From the NCBI RefSeq assembly GCF_009914755.1, contig NC_060930.1: a DNA stretch of 64,000 bases, one strand, 5' to 3'. Both the position numbers and the translations under genes were made by a program. The DNA is from the human T2T-CHM13v2.0 reference genome, Homo sapiens. Positions 13,492 to 27,430 of the stretch are shown here, in pieces. The notes under the pieces were generated by a model. The model saw nothing but the letters and a program-made list of their open reading frames with translations. It ran no database searches and was not told the DNA's origin. Every line of letters starts with the position of its first letter. The stretch's first letter is position 1.

Positions 13492-14041
13492 TGTGCCAGT
13501 TAGCCTTTGCTATGTAACAACCTACCCTAAAACAGTGCGTTGAAACAACAACTGTTTAGCTCATGGTTCAGTGGGCTGGACATTGGTGCTAGGCTCAGCT
13601 TGGCTGATTTTCTAGCTTCAGCTGTATTTAGTTTCAGCTGTGTTTGCCATGCAGCTAACTCTGGGATCAGTTTGGGGCAGCTGGCCTAGGATGGCTTCAG
13701 CTGAAATGGCTCATCTCTGCTTTTTGGCATCTCTCATTTTCTAGCAGGCTAGGTTGGGCTTGTTCACATGGTGGCTGGACATGGTGGTTCTAAGAGAATG
13801 AGTGAAATCACATAAAGCATCTTGAAGCCTAGAGTTGAAACGAATATGTTGTCATTTCTGTTGATTGTATTGGCCAAAGCAAGTCACAGGGCCAGCTTCA
13901 ATTTAAGAGAAGGGGAATAGACTCCACTCCCTGACTAAAGGAGCTGCAAAGTCACATTTTAAGGGCATGGAAAAACATTTTTTAAAAGTGGAAAGATACA
14001 AGAAGGAGTGAAGGATTTGGATATCTTTGTGATTGACCACA
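13492..14041 (-). mobile_element. MLT1 (G/H-like) MaLR solo LTR
   Basis: tg...ca termini. Motifs ttgctatgtaacaac, ttggccaaagcaagtcac and gagctgcaaagtcac. Confidence 0.85.
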
Positions 14042-14067
14042 GAGATAAATAAAACAGTTGTAATATG

Positions 14068-14998
14068 TAGACTTCAAGGTAAAGATGGTAAGTTGAATAA
14101 ATACATTTGCTTTTGATACCTCCTAAATCCCCACTAAAATGACAAAGCATAAGTGCACAAGGACAGACAGAAAAAGAAAGGGGGGAAATTAACAAATTTT
14201 CAAAGCTAGAAACAAATGAGTGAGTGGTAGCAGAAATGAACAAAACTGATTTCTAAGCCAGCAGTAGGGAAAATCAGAAAAATCCATGATTTATAACACA
14301 GAATTACCAGCTTTTTAGGATTTAGAGATAGCATGGCCCTCTAATAATGGATACAATGTGGGAGAACAATCAGGAAGTTGAGTTTGAGGTCTGATTCAGA
14401 AATGACTGCATTCCTAGATTCCCTCTCCACGACCATGGAAGACTGGAGAGAAAGGGTGTTCTCTGGAAAGGTCACAACAGAGAGTCTTTGGACTTTCAGC
14501 AGTGTCAGGCACAGAAGGATCAGATGCCATTGAAAACAACAGGATTAAATAAAAATGAGCATATAGAATGTGTAGAGCCCCAGGACCTTTTCCTCACTTG
14601 AGTTCCAGAATAATGGCAGATACCAGACTTGTAAACTCTAGTACAGAAGATCCTTCAGTGGAGAATCAGATCAGCCCCAGAGAAAAGACCAAAAAATACT
14701 GACATCAAAGTTCTTCCATGAGCAGACCCAACCACTCACACACTCAAGGCTACCATTCAGTTTTTCACAGCCCACTCTTAAATATAAGCAGACAACCAAG
14801 GATTATTAGATATCTTAGGAAGTCTGTAATATGAAAGATAGAGATCAAGATAACAAACAAAACCAATCAAAGAAAACATAAATTCTATAGGGGAAAAATA
14901 CTTAAAAAGCCACACACACACAAAACCATCATTACTATCTTCTGAGTAATGAAAAAATTGCATACATTCAGGAAGAAGAATGTGCTATTGAAAAAAGA
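14068..14998 (+). mobile_element. HAL1/L1ME-type 5' portion
   Basis: 5' motif acttcaaggtaaagatgg...ccccactaaaatgaca. Appears to continue at 19594 after the L1 insertion. Confidence 0.65.
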
Positions 14999-15002
14999 TA
15001 TA

Positions 15003-18000
15003 TAAAAAAACTTTTAGAACTGATAAATGAATTCATTTAAGTTACAGGATAGAAAATCAACATACAAAACTCAGTAGCATTTTCTATGCACAAATAATAA
15101 ACTAACTGAAAAAGAAATCAAGAAAGCAATCCCATTTACAATAATTACAAAAAAATTTGCTTAGGAATAAATTTAACCAAGGAGATGAAAGATCTCTACA
15201 AGGAAAATTATAAAATATGTGGTGAAAAAAATGGATTAAGACACACAAAATGGAAAGACATCCTATGTTCATAAACTGAGAATTTTAATATTGTTAAACA
15301 TACTACCCACAGTAATCTACAGATTCAAGGCAATCTCTATCAAAATACCAATGGCATTCTTCACAGAAATAGAAAAAAATTCTAAATTTAGTATGGAACC
15401 ACAAAAAATTCTGAACAGCCAAAGCAATCCTGAACAAAAAGAACAAAGCTGCAGGTACCACATTACCAGATTTCAAAATATAATACAAAGTTTTAGTAAC
15501 CAAAACAGCATGCTACTGGCATAAAAATAGATACATAGTCCAATGAAACAGAATAGAGACCTCAGAAATTAAACCACATATCTACAGCCAATTGATTTTT
15601 GCCAAAGGACCAAGGACATTCATTGGTGAAAGGACAGTCTTTTCAATAAATAGTGCTGAGAAAAATGGGTATCTATTTGCAGAAGAATGAAAATAGAACC
15701 TCGCCACTCACCCTTTACAGAAATCGACTCAAAATGGAATAAAAACCTAAATGTAAGCCCCAAAACTGTAAAACTTCTAAAAGAAAACATATATGCACCC
15801 AACACTGGCGCACCCAGATAGAAAAAACAAATATTATTATATGTAAAGGGAAAGATAGAATCCAATATAATAATAGTTGGGGACTTCAACACCCCACTCT
15901 CAACCTTACATAGATCATCTAGACATAAAATTAACAACAAAAACATTATATTTAAACTGCACATTACCCCAAATGGACCTAACAGACATTTAAAGAACAG
16001 TTCATCCAATAGCTACTGAATACACATTCTTCTCATAATTACATGGAACATTCTCCAGGATAGACCATACGTTAGGACAAAAACAAGTCTCAAGAAATTT
16101 TTAAAAATCAAAATCGTATCAAGTATCTTCTTGGACCACAGTGGAGTGTAACTAGATGTTAATAACAAGAGGAACTTTGGAAACTGTGCAAACACATGGA
16201 TGTTAAATAAAATGCTTCCGAATGACCACTGGGTCAAGGAAGAAATTAGGGAGGACATAAAACAATTTCTTGAAATAAAAAAACCCAGCATACCAAAAGC
16301 TATGGGATACAGCAATAGCAGTGCTATGAGAGAAGTTTATAGCAGTAAAAACCTGGATCAAAAGAGCAGAAAACTTTCAAATAAAAAATCTTATGATATA
16401 CCTCAAGGAAATAGAAAAGCAAGAATAAATCCAGCCCAAAATTAGTAGAAAGAAAGAAAGAATAAAGATCAGAGCAGAACTAAACAAAATAGAGACCAAA
16501 AATGATACAAAGGATCAATGAAGCAAAAAGTTGTTTTTTTGAAAAAATAAACAAAATCGATAATCTACCTGCTAGAATAGCCAAGAAAAAAAAGACAGAA
16601 GGCCCAAATAAAAAAATTAGAAATGAAAAAAGGAGACATTACAGCTGATACCACAGAAATACGAAAGATCAGAGACTATTGTGAATTATATACTCACACT
16701 GGAAAACCTAGAGGAAATGGATACGTTTCTGACACATACAACCTACCAAGATTGAATCAAGAAGAAATAGAAAACCTGAACAAACCAATAATGAGTAATG
16801 AGATTGAATCAGTAATAAAACATTTCCCAACCAAAAAAAAAGAAGTCCAGGACCAGATACTTTCACTGCCAAACTCTGTGAAACATTCAAAAAAGAACGA
16901 ATACCAATTATCCCAAAACTACTCCTAACAATTGAAGAGGAGAAAATTCTCCATAATGCATTCTATAAGGCCAGCATTATCCTAATACAAAAGCAGACAA
17001 GGAAGCAAGAACAAAAGAAAACTAAAGGCTAAAGTTCCTAATGAGTAGATGGAAAAATCCTTAACAAAATACTAGAAAATCCAATGCAACAGCACATGAA
17101 AAAGATAACGCACTATGATGAAATGGGATTTATGCCAGGGCTGCAAGGGTGATTTAACATAGGCAAATCAATAAACGTGATACATCACATCAACAGAATA
17201 AAGGACGAAAACCATACAACCATCTCAATAGACCCAAAAAAAGAATTTCATAAAATTTAACATCCCTTTAGGATACAAACTCTCAACAAACTAGGAAGAG
17301 AAAGAAGATATCTCAACATAATAAAGGCCATATATGACAAACCCACAGCTAACATCATACTGAATAGGGAAACGCCTTTCTGGTAAGAGCTGGAACAAGA
17401 CAAGGATATCAAGAATGCCCAGTTTCACCACTCCTATTCAACATATTATTAGAAGTCCTAGCCAGGGCAAGCGGGCAAGAGAAAGAAATAAAAGGTATCC
17501 AGATTGGAAAATAGGAAGTGAAATTGTCGCTCTTTGCTGATGACAAGATCTTGTATCTAGAAAACCCAAAGACTCCACCACAATAAACATTCAGCAAAGT
17601 TACTGGATACAAAGACAATATACAGAAACCAGTAGCATTTCTGTATACCAATAATGAACTAACTGAGAAAGAAATCAAGAAGGCAATCCCAATTATAATA
17701 GCTACCAAAAAATTAACTAGGAACATATCTAACAAGGAGGTGAATGATTTCTATAAGGAAAACTATAAAACACAAATGAAAGATATTGAAGGGGACATAA
17801 ATAAATGGGAAGACACCTCATGCTTATAGATTGAAAAAATTAATGTCATTAAAATGACTATACTGTTCAAAGCAGTCTACAGATTCAATGAAATCCCTAC
17901 CAAAATACCAACATCATTTTTCACAGAAATAGAAAAAAAATCCTAAAATTTGTATGGAACCACAAAAAAGCCTGAATAGCCAAAGCAGTCCTGAGCAAAA

Positions 18001-19593
18001 AGAACAAAGCTGGAGGTATTACACTATCTGACTTCAAAATATATGGCTGTTGTAACCAAAACAGCATGGTATTGATATAAAAACAAACCCATAAACCAAT
18101 GGAACAGAATGGAAAACCCAAAAATAAATTCACATATTTACAGTCAACTGATTTTTGACAGGGTACCAAGAACATATATTGGGGAAAGGCACCCAATAAA
18201 AGGTGTCAGAATAACTGGATATCTACATGGAAAAGAATAAAATGGGACCCCTATCTCTCATTATATTGGAAAAAATCAACTCAAGATGAGTTAAAGACTT
18301 AAACATAATACCTGAAACCATAAAACTACTAGAAGGAAACAGGGAAAACAGTTCAAGACATTAGTTTAGGCAAAGATTTTATGGCTAAAACCTCAAAAAC
18401 ACAGACAGCAAAAACAAAAATAGACAAATGGGATTATATTAAACTAAAAAGCTTCTGCACAGCAAAGGAAGCAATCAGTGAGTGAATAGAAACCATACTG
18501 AATCAGAGAAAATGTTTGCGAACTATTCATTTGACAAGGAACTAATATCCAAAATATACAAGGAACTCAAACAGTAGAAAAAACAAACAAACAAACAAAC
18601 AAAACCTCAAAAAACCAAACCAATAATTATTCAAAGAGGGCAAAAGATATGAATATACATGTCTCAGAAGAAGATGTACAAAATGGCCATAGGTATATGA
18701 AAAAATGCTCAACATCACTAATCATCAGGGAAATGCAAATCAACACCACAGTGAGATATGATGTTACTCCAGTTAAAATGGCTATTAGGAAAAAGATTAA
18801 AAGAGAAAAACAGATGTTGGTGAGGATGTGGAGAAAAGGGAACTCTTGTATACTGTTGGTGGGAATGTAAACTAGCACATCCACTATGGAGAGCAATACA
18901 GAGTTTCCTCAAAAAGCTTCAGAGAGAATGATTTGGTAATCCCACTACTTGGCATTTATCCAAAGCAACTGAAGTCAGTATATTGAGACATCTGCACCCT
19001 CATGTTTACTGCAGCAGTATTCACAGTAGCCAAGATTTAGAGTCAACCCAAGGGTCCAAAAACAGATAATTGGATTTTAAAATGTGGTATTTATACACAA
19101 CGGAATACCATTCAGCCTTAAAGAAGTACGAAATCCTGTCATTTGTGACAACACGGATGAAACTGGAGGACCTTATGGTAAGTGAAATAAGGAACAGGAA
19201 TTTAAAAACTGCATGTTTTCACTGATATGTGGAAGTTAAAAAAAGTTGGTCTCATAGAAGTAAAAAGTAGAGCAGAGGTTACTGGAGGCTGGGAAGGGTA
19301 AAGGAAAGGTGAGATAGGAAGAGATTTGTTAAAGGATACAAAATTACAGCTGGATAGGAGGAATGACTTCTAGTGTTCTATACCACTGTACCTTGAGGAG
19401 AGTTAACAATAATGTATTACATAGTTGCAAATAGCTAGAAGGAGGATATTGAAGTTCTCAACACAAAGAAATGATAAATGTTGGAGATGATGGGTATGCT
19501 AATTACTCTGATCTGATTGCTATACATTGTGTGTACTGAAACATCACTATGTACCACATAAATATGTGCAATTATTATGTGTCAATTTAAAAA
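15003..19593 (+). mobile_element. L1MA (about MA4-MA6) ORF2 + 3'UTR, decayed, with an extra ORF2 segment at its 5' end
   Basis: EN motifs YAPNTGAP (from 15792) and IVGDFNTPL. RT LFADD at ~17530. L1MA 3'UTR ending aattattatgtgtcaatttaaaa. Many stops and frameshifts. Confidence 0.93.
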
Positions 19594-20670
19594 GTATACT
19601 CAGGAAATGAAAATGTGCTCTTAAAATTAAAATATGATAGTAACAATAAGAAAGTGAATAAGGTGGATGGAAGATAAAGTTGAAGAGCTATCCCAGAAAG
19701 TAAAACAAAAGATGAGGTGATGGAAAGTAGGAGAAAAAATATAAGAGAATCAGAAAAACCAGTCGGGGAAGTCAAACATCTTAATAAGAGAGGTTATGGA
19801 GAGAAAGCACAGGGAAAACAGAACATAGAAATCATTATTGAAATAAATCAAGAAAATTTCCCAGAACTGATGATAATGAATTTCCATGTTGAAAGGTCAA
19901 TTTAAGAAAAAACAGAAAACCTCAGCACAGTGAATTAAAGTAGACCCACATTAAATTACATCGTCATGCTATTTTGGAATATTTTGGGCAAAGAAAATAT
20001 TCTTTAAGCTTCTGAGAGAAATATAGGTGTCATCAAAATGATTAAGAATCAGAAAAACTTTGGACTTCTCAATAGCTGTATCAGATGTTTGAAGACCGTG
20101 TAATAATGGCTTCAGAGTTCTGAAGAAAAATGATCTCTAGCCTCATGTTATGCTCAGTTCAATTCTTAATCAAATGTGCATGGAGAAGAAAGACACTTTC
20201 ACACATGCAGTTTCTCAAAAGGTTTACCTCCCACACAGCCTTTCCCAGGAAGTCACTGGAGGATATGTTCCATCAAAATGAGGAAGAAAACCAAGAAATG
20301 AGAAGACTTGGGATAAAGAAAATAATAAATACAATGTAGAAGAGAGGCAAAGTGGATCCCCAGGATGAAGGCATGGGTGATCTCAATATAACATATGTGC
20401 AGCTAGCATGAGGTCACAATTCCAAATTGGAGCAGGAAGGGGGAGAACACTTTAAAAAAATGAATATATAATGAAAACATAGCAATACAGACATGTCATT
20501 TAGAAATACAGATGTAAATATCAAAAGACAGCAAAAGTGGTTGAGTGGTTTCCTAGGAGACAGGAAAAATGGAGATGGAGAATGCTGCTGTATTTTTAAT
20601 GAATTTGAGGGCTCCTTGACTCTTTATGTGTATGCACCATGTTTGTGTATAATTTTAATAAAATATAAAT
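19594..20670 (+). mobile_element. HAL1 ORF1-like 3' portion
   Basis: ORF1 motif EINQENFPEL. HAL1-like aaaccaagaaatgagaagac...ccccaggatga...ttggagcagg. AATAAA-like end with no ORF2. Confidence 0.75.
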
Positions 20671-21866
20671 CTTTACAAATGTTAAGGACAAATGCATTAT
20701 CTTTTAGGTATCAGAGTGTATTTGAATAGGGCTGAAGAAGACAAGTAGGTCACAAAATATCCAAATCCATTCCATTGACCTACTCGGAGGAAACAGGACC
20801 AATTTAAAAAGTATCAGGAAAGCAATGTCCCAGACCCAAATGTCTCTTCCAGTTAGACTGGGGAGGATAGGTAAAGATGAGCCGAGGTAAACAGACTCGT
20901 TTATTTCTGTGTTTTGGTGCAGAGAATTCCATTTATAATTGGCTGAAACCTGAGTCTATCCTTCAGGCTGATTAAGTCAAATCGGGATGTTTGTCAGTGT
21001 TCCTTGAGGCCAAATCTGTTTATAATGTAGTATTTCATCTACCCTCTGATGCAATGTCCACTGTGGTAGACCGAAAAGGTTGTTAGTTTCTTGAGAAGAG
21101 GTTCCTTGCTAGTATTACAATAACTAGAGACCAAAATATATGGATATGAAATAAAACTAATATAGCTACCTTTTCAAAAACCTGTAGCTGGCATCTAAGA
21201 ATATGGGAAACATTACAAGAAAAATAATTTTGAGCACAAATACACAGTTTGAAAAAAAAATTATTTTACTTTTTACTAATAACATGTATTGTTTTCAGTA
21301 TATATTATTGTTCTTAGTGGTATTACTCAGATATGGACAGACACATTTTCAATCTGAAAATGTTGATGAGTAAGCAAATATTTTTAGCATTTTAAATCAT
21401 GGGATTTGGTTATATACAACAGTCTGTAAGCTACATATGTTCATGTAGCTATTTTATTTTTAAATCTTGCACATGAGTAATTCATCTTCTGTGAGGAAAT
21501 TCAAAATAGTAATCAAGCTTGAGCTCAGTCAGCCACATGGCTCTTAGAGAGGGTTGCCATCTCCGTAGGACCTTCCCAGGGTCACCTTCATGGCTGTGGT
21601 CTGGGGTCAGACCCTAGGCTTGAAGGCTCAGAAACCTGTCATACTGGCACATAAACAGTTGTCATATTTCAAGGGCAGAGGCCAACTTACCAAACCATGA
21701 GAGTAGGTGCAAAATCTAAAGGCCAATGTACAACAAAGAATTAAATAATTCAATGGTAACACTGATATTTTCATGTTGGTAAAGATGGAGTAAGAGGGAT
21801 CCAATTTTCTCCCATGAAAGAAACTAAAAAACTAGGAAAGATATGTGAAACAATGGTTTTCCAGTA

Positions 21867-22102
21867 CAGGTTGAGCACCCCAAATTTGAAGATCCAAAAT
21901 CTAAAATGCTCCAGAATCCAAGACTTTTTGAGCACTTATGTGACATTCAAATGTACTGCCCATTGGAGCATTTTGAATTTTAGCTTTTCAAATTAGGAAT
22001 ATTCAGTCTGTAAGTATAATGCAAATATTTCAGAATCTGAAAAAATGTGAAATCCCAAACACTTCTGGTCCTAAGCATTTTGGATAATGGATACTCAACC
22101 TG
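21867..22102 (-). mobile_element. Tigger4a (MER46A) MITE nested in L1
   Basis: TIRs caggttgag / ctcaacctg. TA on the left (21865-66), TG on the right. Internal repeated aatcc/aaatgctcc motifs. Confidence 0.88.
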
Positions 22103-23799
22103 TGTTAGACATTAGGGAGTACAGAACAGTGATTCCTGAGAAAGAGACAACAAACATGAACAGTCCAGTGATTAAATTCTGGTTACTACACAAAGAGAGT
22201 TTCCAGGCCACTGCAAAGGGAGAGGAAATCAAGTTGGAGTAGGAAAACTTCCTGTGTTGAGGAAATGAAACCAGGAGTCCAGGTAGACCAAGATAGCTAG
22301 AGTTCAAAGAACAGAGGACTGGATAGCAGAAAGTTGCATATAGAGAGTTCCAGAGATCAACAGATGATCCCTGGTCAGTCTTCTACTAAATGCTTGTCAG
22401 CATATATGTGTGAGGAAATTATTGAAAGCTGTAAGAATAACCACCTGAACGGACAAAAGGGAACAATTCTCACAGCCCATTTAGGGCTGAGAATAGGGCT
22501 GTTCACACCAGGCAGACTGGAAAACCTTAGAATTCACAGGGCATTGAATAGGGTACTCAGAAGGACTAGATTAAAAATGTTCTGTTACTCCCTAACAAAG
22601 TATAAAAGCAAGGTTAAAAAGAATCAAACAATTGCCAAATAATTTAAATGCATCTTAGCACAAAGCTCAAGATATTTATAGGAATACAAAAAAAAATACA
22701 GCATACAACAAAGTAAAATTTACAAAATCTTTTGGCATCTAATAAAAAGATTACAAGCATGCAGAGAAGCAGGAAAATACAGTCCTCATGGGGGAAAAGG
22801 GAAGTAAAACAATCATTCTAATTATTTCACATGTGTTTAGTAGAGGAAAGTTAAGCATGCTAAGTAGAGATATGGGAGATACAAAAAAAGACCCAGATTG
22901 AACTTCTTGAAACATACAATGTTGGGAATGATAAATACACTAGGTATGATTTACAGCAAAGTAAACACCACAGGGAAGAAGATTAGCAAACTTAAAGACA
23001 CAGCAATAGAAACTACTCAAAATGAAACAAAAAGAAAAAACAAAACAGAACAAAACCCCCCCAAAATTAGCAGATCAGTGAGCTGTGAAAATGTGGGACA
23101 ACTTTTAAGTGTCCTAATACATGTGTAATTTAATTGGCATCTCCCAGTGATGGGATGGGGGCAAAAATATTTGAAGAAGTAGGAATGAGAATTTTCAAAT
23201 TTGAGTAAAACCATAAGCACACAGATCCAAGAATCTCAATATATTCCAGACAGAAGAAATGTGAAGAAAACTGCATCAAGGCATCATTACTAAACTGTTT
23301 AAAATAAGTAATAAAGACACAATTTTAAAAGCAGTTAGAGAGAAAAAAAAGACAATACATAGAGGAACGCTACCAAGAATAACAACAGATTTCTTGCCAG
23401 AAACAGTGCAAGCCAGAAGACAGTGGAGGAGTATTTTTAAATTACTGAAAGGAGACAAACAAACAAACAAATCTCTAAATGTCAAATTCTATGCTGAGCA
23501 AAATATTTTTCAAAAGCAAGGGCAAAATAAAATATTTTGTAATTAGTCAAAAACTAAAAGAATTAGTCGGCAGCAGACTTGCATTACAAGAAATATGAAG
23601 GAAGACCTTTAAGCAAAAGGAAAATGATAGTAGATAAAAATCCATAAACACAAAGATCTGCAGAAAGAGATGAAGAGCACCAGAAATGCTAAACATCTGG
23701 GTAAATATAAACGACTTTTTAGATGTTAAATTTTTTTTTAAAGAGAATTAAGTGCTTTAAGTAAATAAATAATAACATATGTATTCAGGTTTAGAAAAT

Positions 23800-23955
23800 G
23801 ACATGCTGGTAAATGCTTAACAGTTTAATTTCCAGCAAAAAAAAAAAAAGCCTCAATTTGTAGCATTTGCCTAAAATAATTTCAAGTTAACAAACCGAAG
23901 GTAAATTTGGGAAGAGATACACACAATTAACTTTCAAGACATGGCAACAAGTGAG
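23800..23955 (-). mobile_element. MER63-like hAT MITE fragment
   Basis: tgctggtaaatgcttaaca...tttgtagcatttgcc...ttgggaagagat resembles MER63A. Confidence 0.65.
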
Positions 23956-24200
23956 TTTATAAAACATGTAGACAAAAATAGAACAAAGACTGGGAGGGGA
24001 GAAATGGAAGTATACTATTTGTAAAGTTCTAATACTAAATCTGAATCTGAAGTGGTATAATATTATTTGAATATAGACTGTAATTACATACAGATGTTAA
24101 CACTAAAGCAACCAATAGATAACAAAACAGAGTTATAGCTAATACACCAACAAAGACTTAAGATTCAATCAGAAAGCAATAAGCCTACATGTTTTTATAG

Positions 24201-24514
<314 letters not shown>

Positions 24515-24684
24515 TTTTATGGATGAGTTTTAAACCATCGAGGAACAGATAATCCTTGAAAAGATAAGAAAACAAATTTACAGGCTGTGGCTAACAGTTG
24601 ACTTGATACCAATACAAGACAACTAATTTGCTGGGTATATTGGTCATAACTAGTAAAAATGAATATTCATAAACACAGTGGGTA

Positions 24685-25265
24685 AATATTTCCACTTCTA
24701 GCAATTATCATGAATAAATTGTTCCAGATGTGCACAAGAATATCCACTGCACCATTATTTGTAATGGTGAAAAGCTGAAAACAACCTAAAGGCTGCCAAC
24801 AGGAAGTCAAATAAGTAAAATGGACACACCACTATGCAATATTAAGCAAATGTACTAGAGCTACATGTGTCAACATGGAGACATCTCAGAAATTAACATT
24901 GAGAGAAAAAAGCAAATTTTAGTAGAATATATGCCATACAATACTGTGCCTATAGTTTTTAAAATATGTAAATTATTACTATGTGTTTTATAAATATATG
25001 CCACACGTAGGTGGTTGTAATATTTAAATATGTTTGGGGATGACAAACATCAAAGTCAGAATAATCATTACCCCTGGAGAGAGAGGGAGGAGGAGAAATG
25101 ACTTGGCAGAAATTCAAGGAGAGATTCAACTCCATCTGAAACATTTTCTTATCTAAAAAGAAATCTGAAGCAAACATAAGCATGGTCTGATTTGGTAAAG
25201 TTCAGTATTGGGATATGGGCGTTTCTTATACTGCATTGTTATTCTAGCACTTTACAATAAAAGCG
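24685..25265 (+). mobile_element. L1ME 3' end (L1ME4-like)
   Basis: ccacttctag...ttatttgtaatggtgaaaa...aagaaatctgaagcaaa motifs, ending aataaa. Confidence 0.75.
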
Positions 25266-25602
25266 TTTTAAGCAGTTTGTCCATCATAGGATCTGGCACA
25301 TCTGAGTTTGCACGATCACTCTCCCCTCTAGGCACAATTCACGGCAACTCCAATTATAATTATGGCAACCAGAGTGCAGCTTGCTGTGCCTAGCTCCCGA
25401 GGGAAAGTCGGCTGGTGAGAGGGATCAGATGTTTAATGGCACTAACCTAAGAAAATCTAAGGTTATAGAAAGTCTTGCTGTTGGACTGCAAGTTCTTGAA
25501 GCTTATCTTCAACCTTTTAGATATTTTAATATAGTCTATATTTTAGTACTTGATATTTTAATATAATTAGTAAGAGTTGGGAAAAAGTTTGCAATCTACT
25601 CG

Positions 25603-25725
25603 ACCTTTCCTTCCTCTCCCTCTCTTCCTTCCCATATTTCTTCCTTTCTTTTATCCTTCTTTCCTTTCTCCCTCCTCCTTCTTCAACTCCTCTTCTTCCT
25701 CTATCTCTGTCTTTCTCTTCTACTT
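25603..25725 (+). repeat. Polypyrimidine low-complexity tract
   Basis: About 120 bp that is almost entirely C/T. Confidence 0.85.
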
Positions 25726-26149
25726 ATTCATTTGCTAGTATTTTTTTACACAGCTCTCTGTTTTGGTTCATTCCATGTGAATATTCTAAATTTAAATTTC
25801 ATAGGGAAGCATTTTTTTCTCTTTCTTAGGCTCTGAAGGATGGAAGTAGGTTGTGGTATAGAAGTACTTCCAGGTAATCCCAAACTATGGTAATAGTATA
25901 TAGCGGATTTTAAACTTTTATTTGATTTTAATTTCAATAAAAATAAATTTTTATTTACAGATTATTGCTCATGTAGAAACCATTGCAGATATAATTGTTT
26001 ATATAGGTTTCATGCTATTTTTTGCTTATAATTTATTTTTTGAAAAAAGGTGATTTATATCTGACCATAAGTTATCATCATTATAAAGAAATTATAGTGT
26101 ATTTCATCATAAAACTGCGACTAAATCATCTACTGGGGTTCTTTCAGCT

Positions 26150-26335
26150 AATGGAAGGCTTTAGGCAGGAACAGACTAAAGTTCTGGTGTTGGCTTTGCC
26201 CTACTCTGAATGTGTCGGTTTGGTCAATTACCATTCCTTCCTCTCAGTTTCCTCGTTAGTAAAATGAGAGAAATGGACTTTCGGAGGTTTTGTGAAGACC
26301 ATATGTCACTTGTTTGGTAGCTCTAGTGTCTAGTG
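26150..26335 (+). mobile_element. MIR
   Basis: ctcagtttcctcgttagtaaaatgag core. Confidence 0.65.
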
Positions 26336-26954
26336 TTTTATTCCATGTGTTGAGCTGCCTCATAGTGAATGAGTTGGAGATACACCAATACATAGGAGTC
26401 CCCAGATGTCTTCATTGCAGATGACATTCAGTATTTGGTTGTCAGAATAAATACATAGCATGATCTGGGAGTAAAATGTATTGTTATGGCCATTGTTATG
26501 AGGAATTCTGTGGGGAGCTTTAACAGTCTCTGGTGAATTGTTTATTGAAAGATATTTTGACTGGAACTATTTTCTACAGTTTCTACTATCTGCCCTAATA
26601 CCGAGAGAAACCTATATTATGTTATTTTTAATGTTTCAGACCTCAGGGAAAATGTGGTCAGTCTAAATTGTGAGCTTGGGTTTATGAGAAATAGAAATAT
26701 GGAATAAGATTAAATGATTCTAAAGTTACTAAAAATTAAGTTCAACTGATTTGGGAAGGTGCTGTAAAATTAAAAATGAAGAAAATGAGGCTAAATGTGG
26801 TCTGAGTCAATGTCTAGTATCATTCCTGGTGTCTGAGTGTCAGCAAGAGTCCCCAGATACTGAGGACTGACTGAGATACATTGAATAGATATAATGAACG
26901 TATTTTCTAATTTTCTGATAGACAAAGTCAGAGAAATATAGGTCATAGTTATCC

Positions 26955-27095
26955 CTGTACAGAATCACCTGTGAAGATGACTAATATCCAAATATCCAGC
27001 CCTACCTACCCAAGATCTATCAAATCAAAATATCTGGGTAGAGCCTTAGCCAAATGTAGGTTTGACAAGCTCCCTGGTGGTTCTGATGCACTCCG
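26955..27095. mobile_element. MER5-like hAT-Charlie MITE
   Basis: agaatcacctg...aatcaaaatatctggg...acaagctccctggtggttctgatgcac. Confidence 0.7.
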
Positions 27096-27299
27096 TGTAT
27101 AGGGGATCCCAGGGCTACCTCCTTCTTCTCCAAAACTCAGAGCAGGGGAGCCTCTCAAACCTCAAATCTTCCCTCTCTCTCCAGAGGTAATGATTATTCT
27201 GACTTTGATATTTGTTATCTACAAACATATTGGTTTGGTTTGGGTGCCCTGATTTCTCCCCTAGGCCTTTCTCCAACTGCATTGTAAGGAGGGTTTCCT

Positions 27300-27430
27300 G
27301 GGCAGATCTCCCACAAGACTGCAAGCCCACAGTGCAGGGACCATGTCTTAGTCAACCTTGTCCTGTGACTGCCCAGCAGAGGGGCTGGTGTGTTACAGGT
27401 GCTTGGTCAAGGTTTGCTGAATGGATGGTT
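27300..27430 (+). mobile_element. L2 3' end
   Basis: agactgcaagc...cagggaccatgtct...gtttgctgaatggatg. Confidence 0.75.

Larger units (their letters stand above)
21770..24190 (+). mobile_element. Old L1M (L1MC-type) 5'UTR/ORF1 relic
   Basis: A-rich ORF1 text (KKISKLKDTAIETTQNE; acagatttcttgccagaaacagtgcaagccagaagacagtgg). Confidence 0.75.

Noticed and set aside
15291-18912. ORFs with L1 ORF2 similarity
   Set aside because: Short fragments of a decayed L1 broken by stops and frameshifts. No intact RT or EN.
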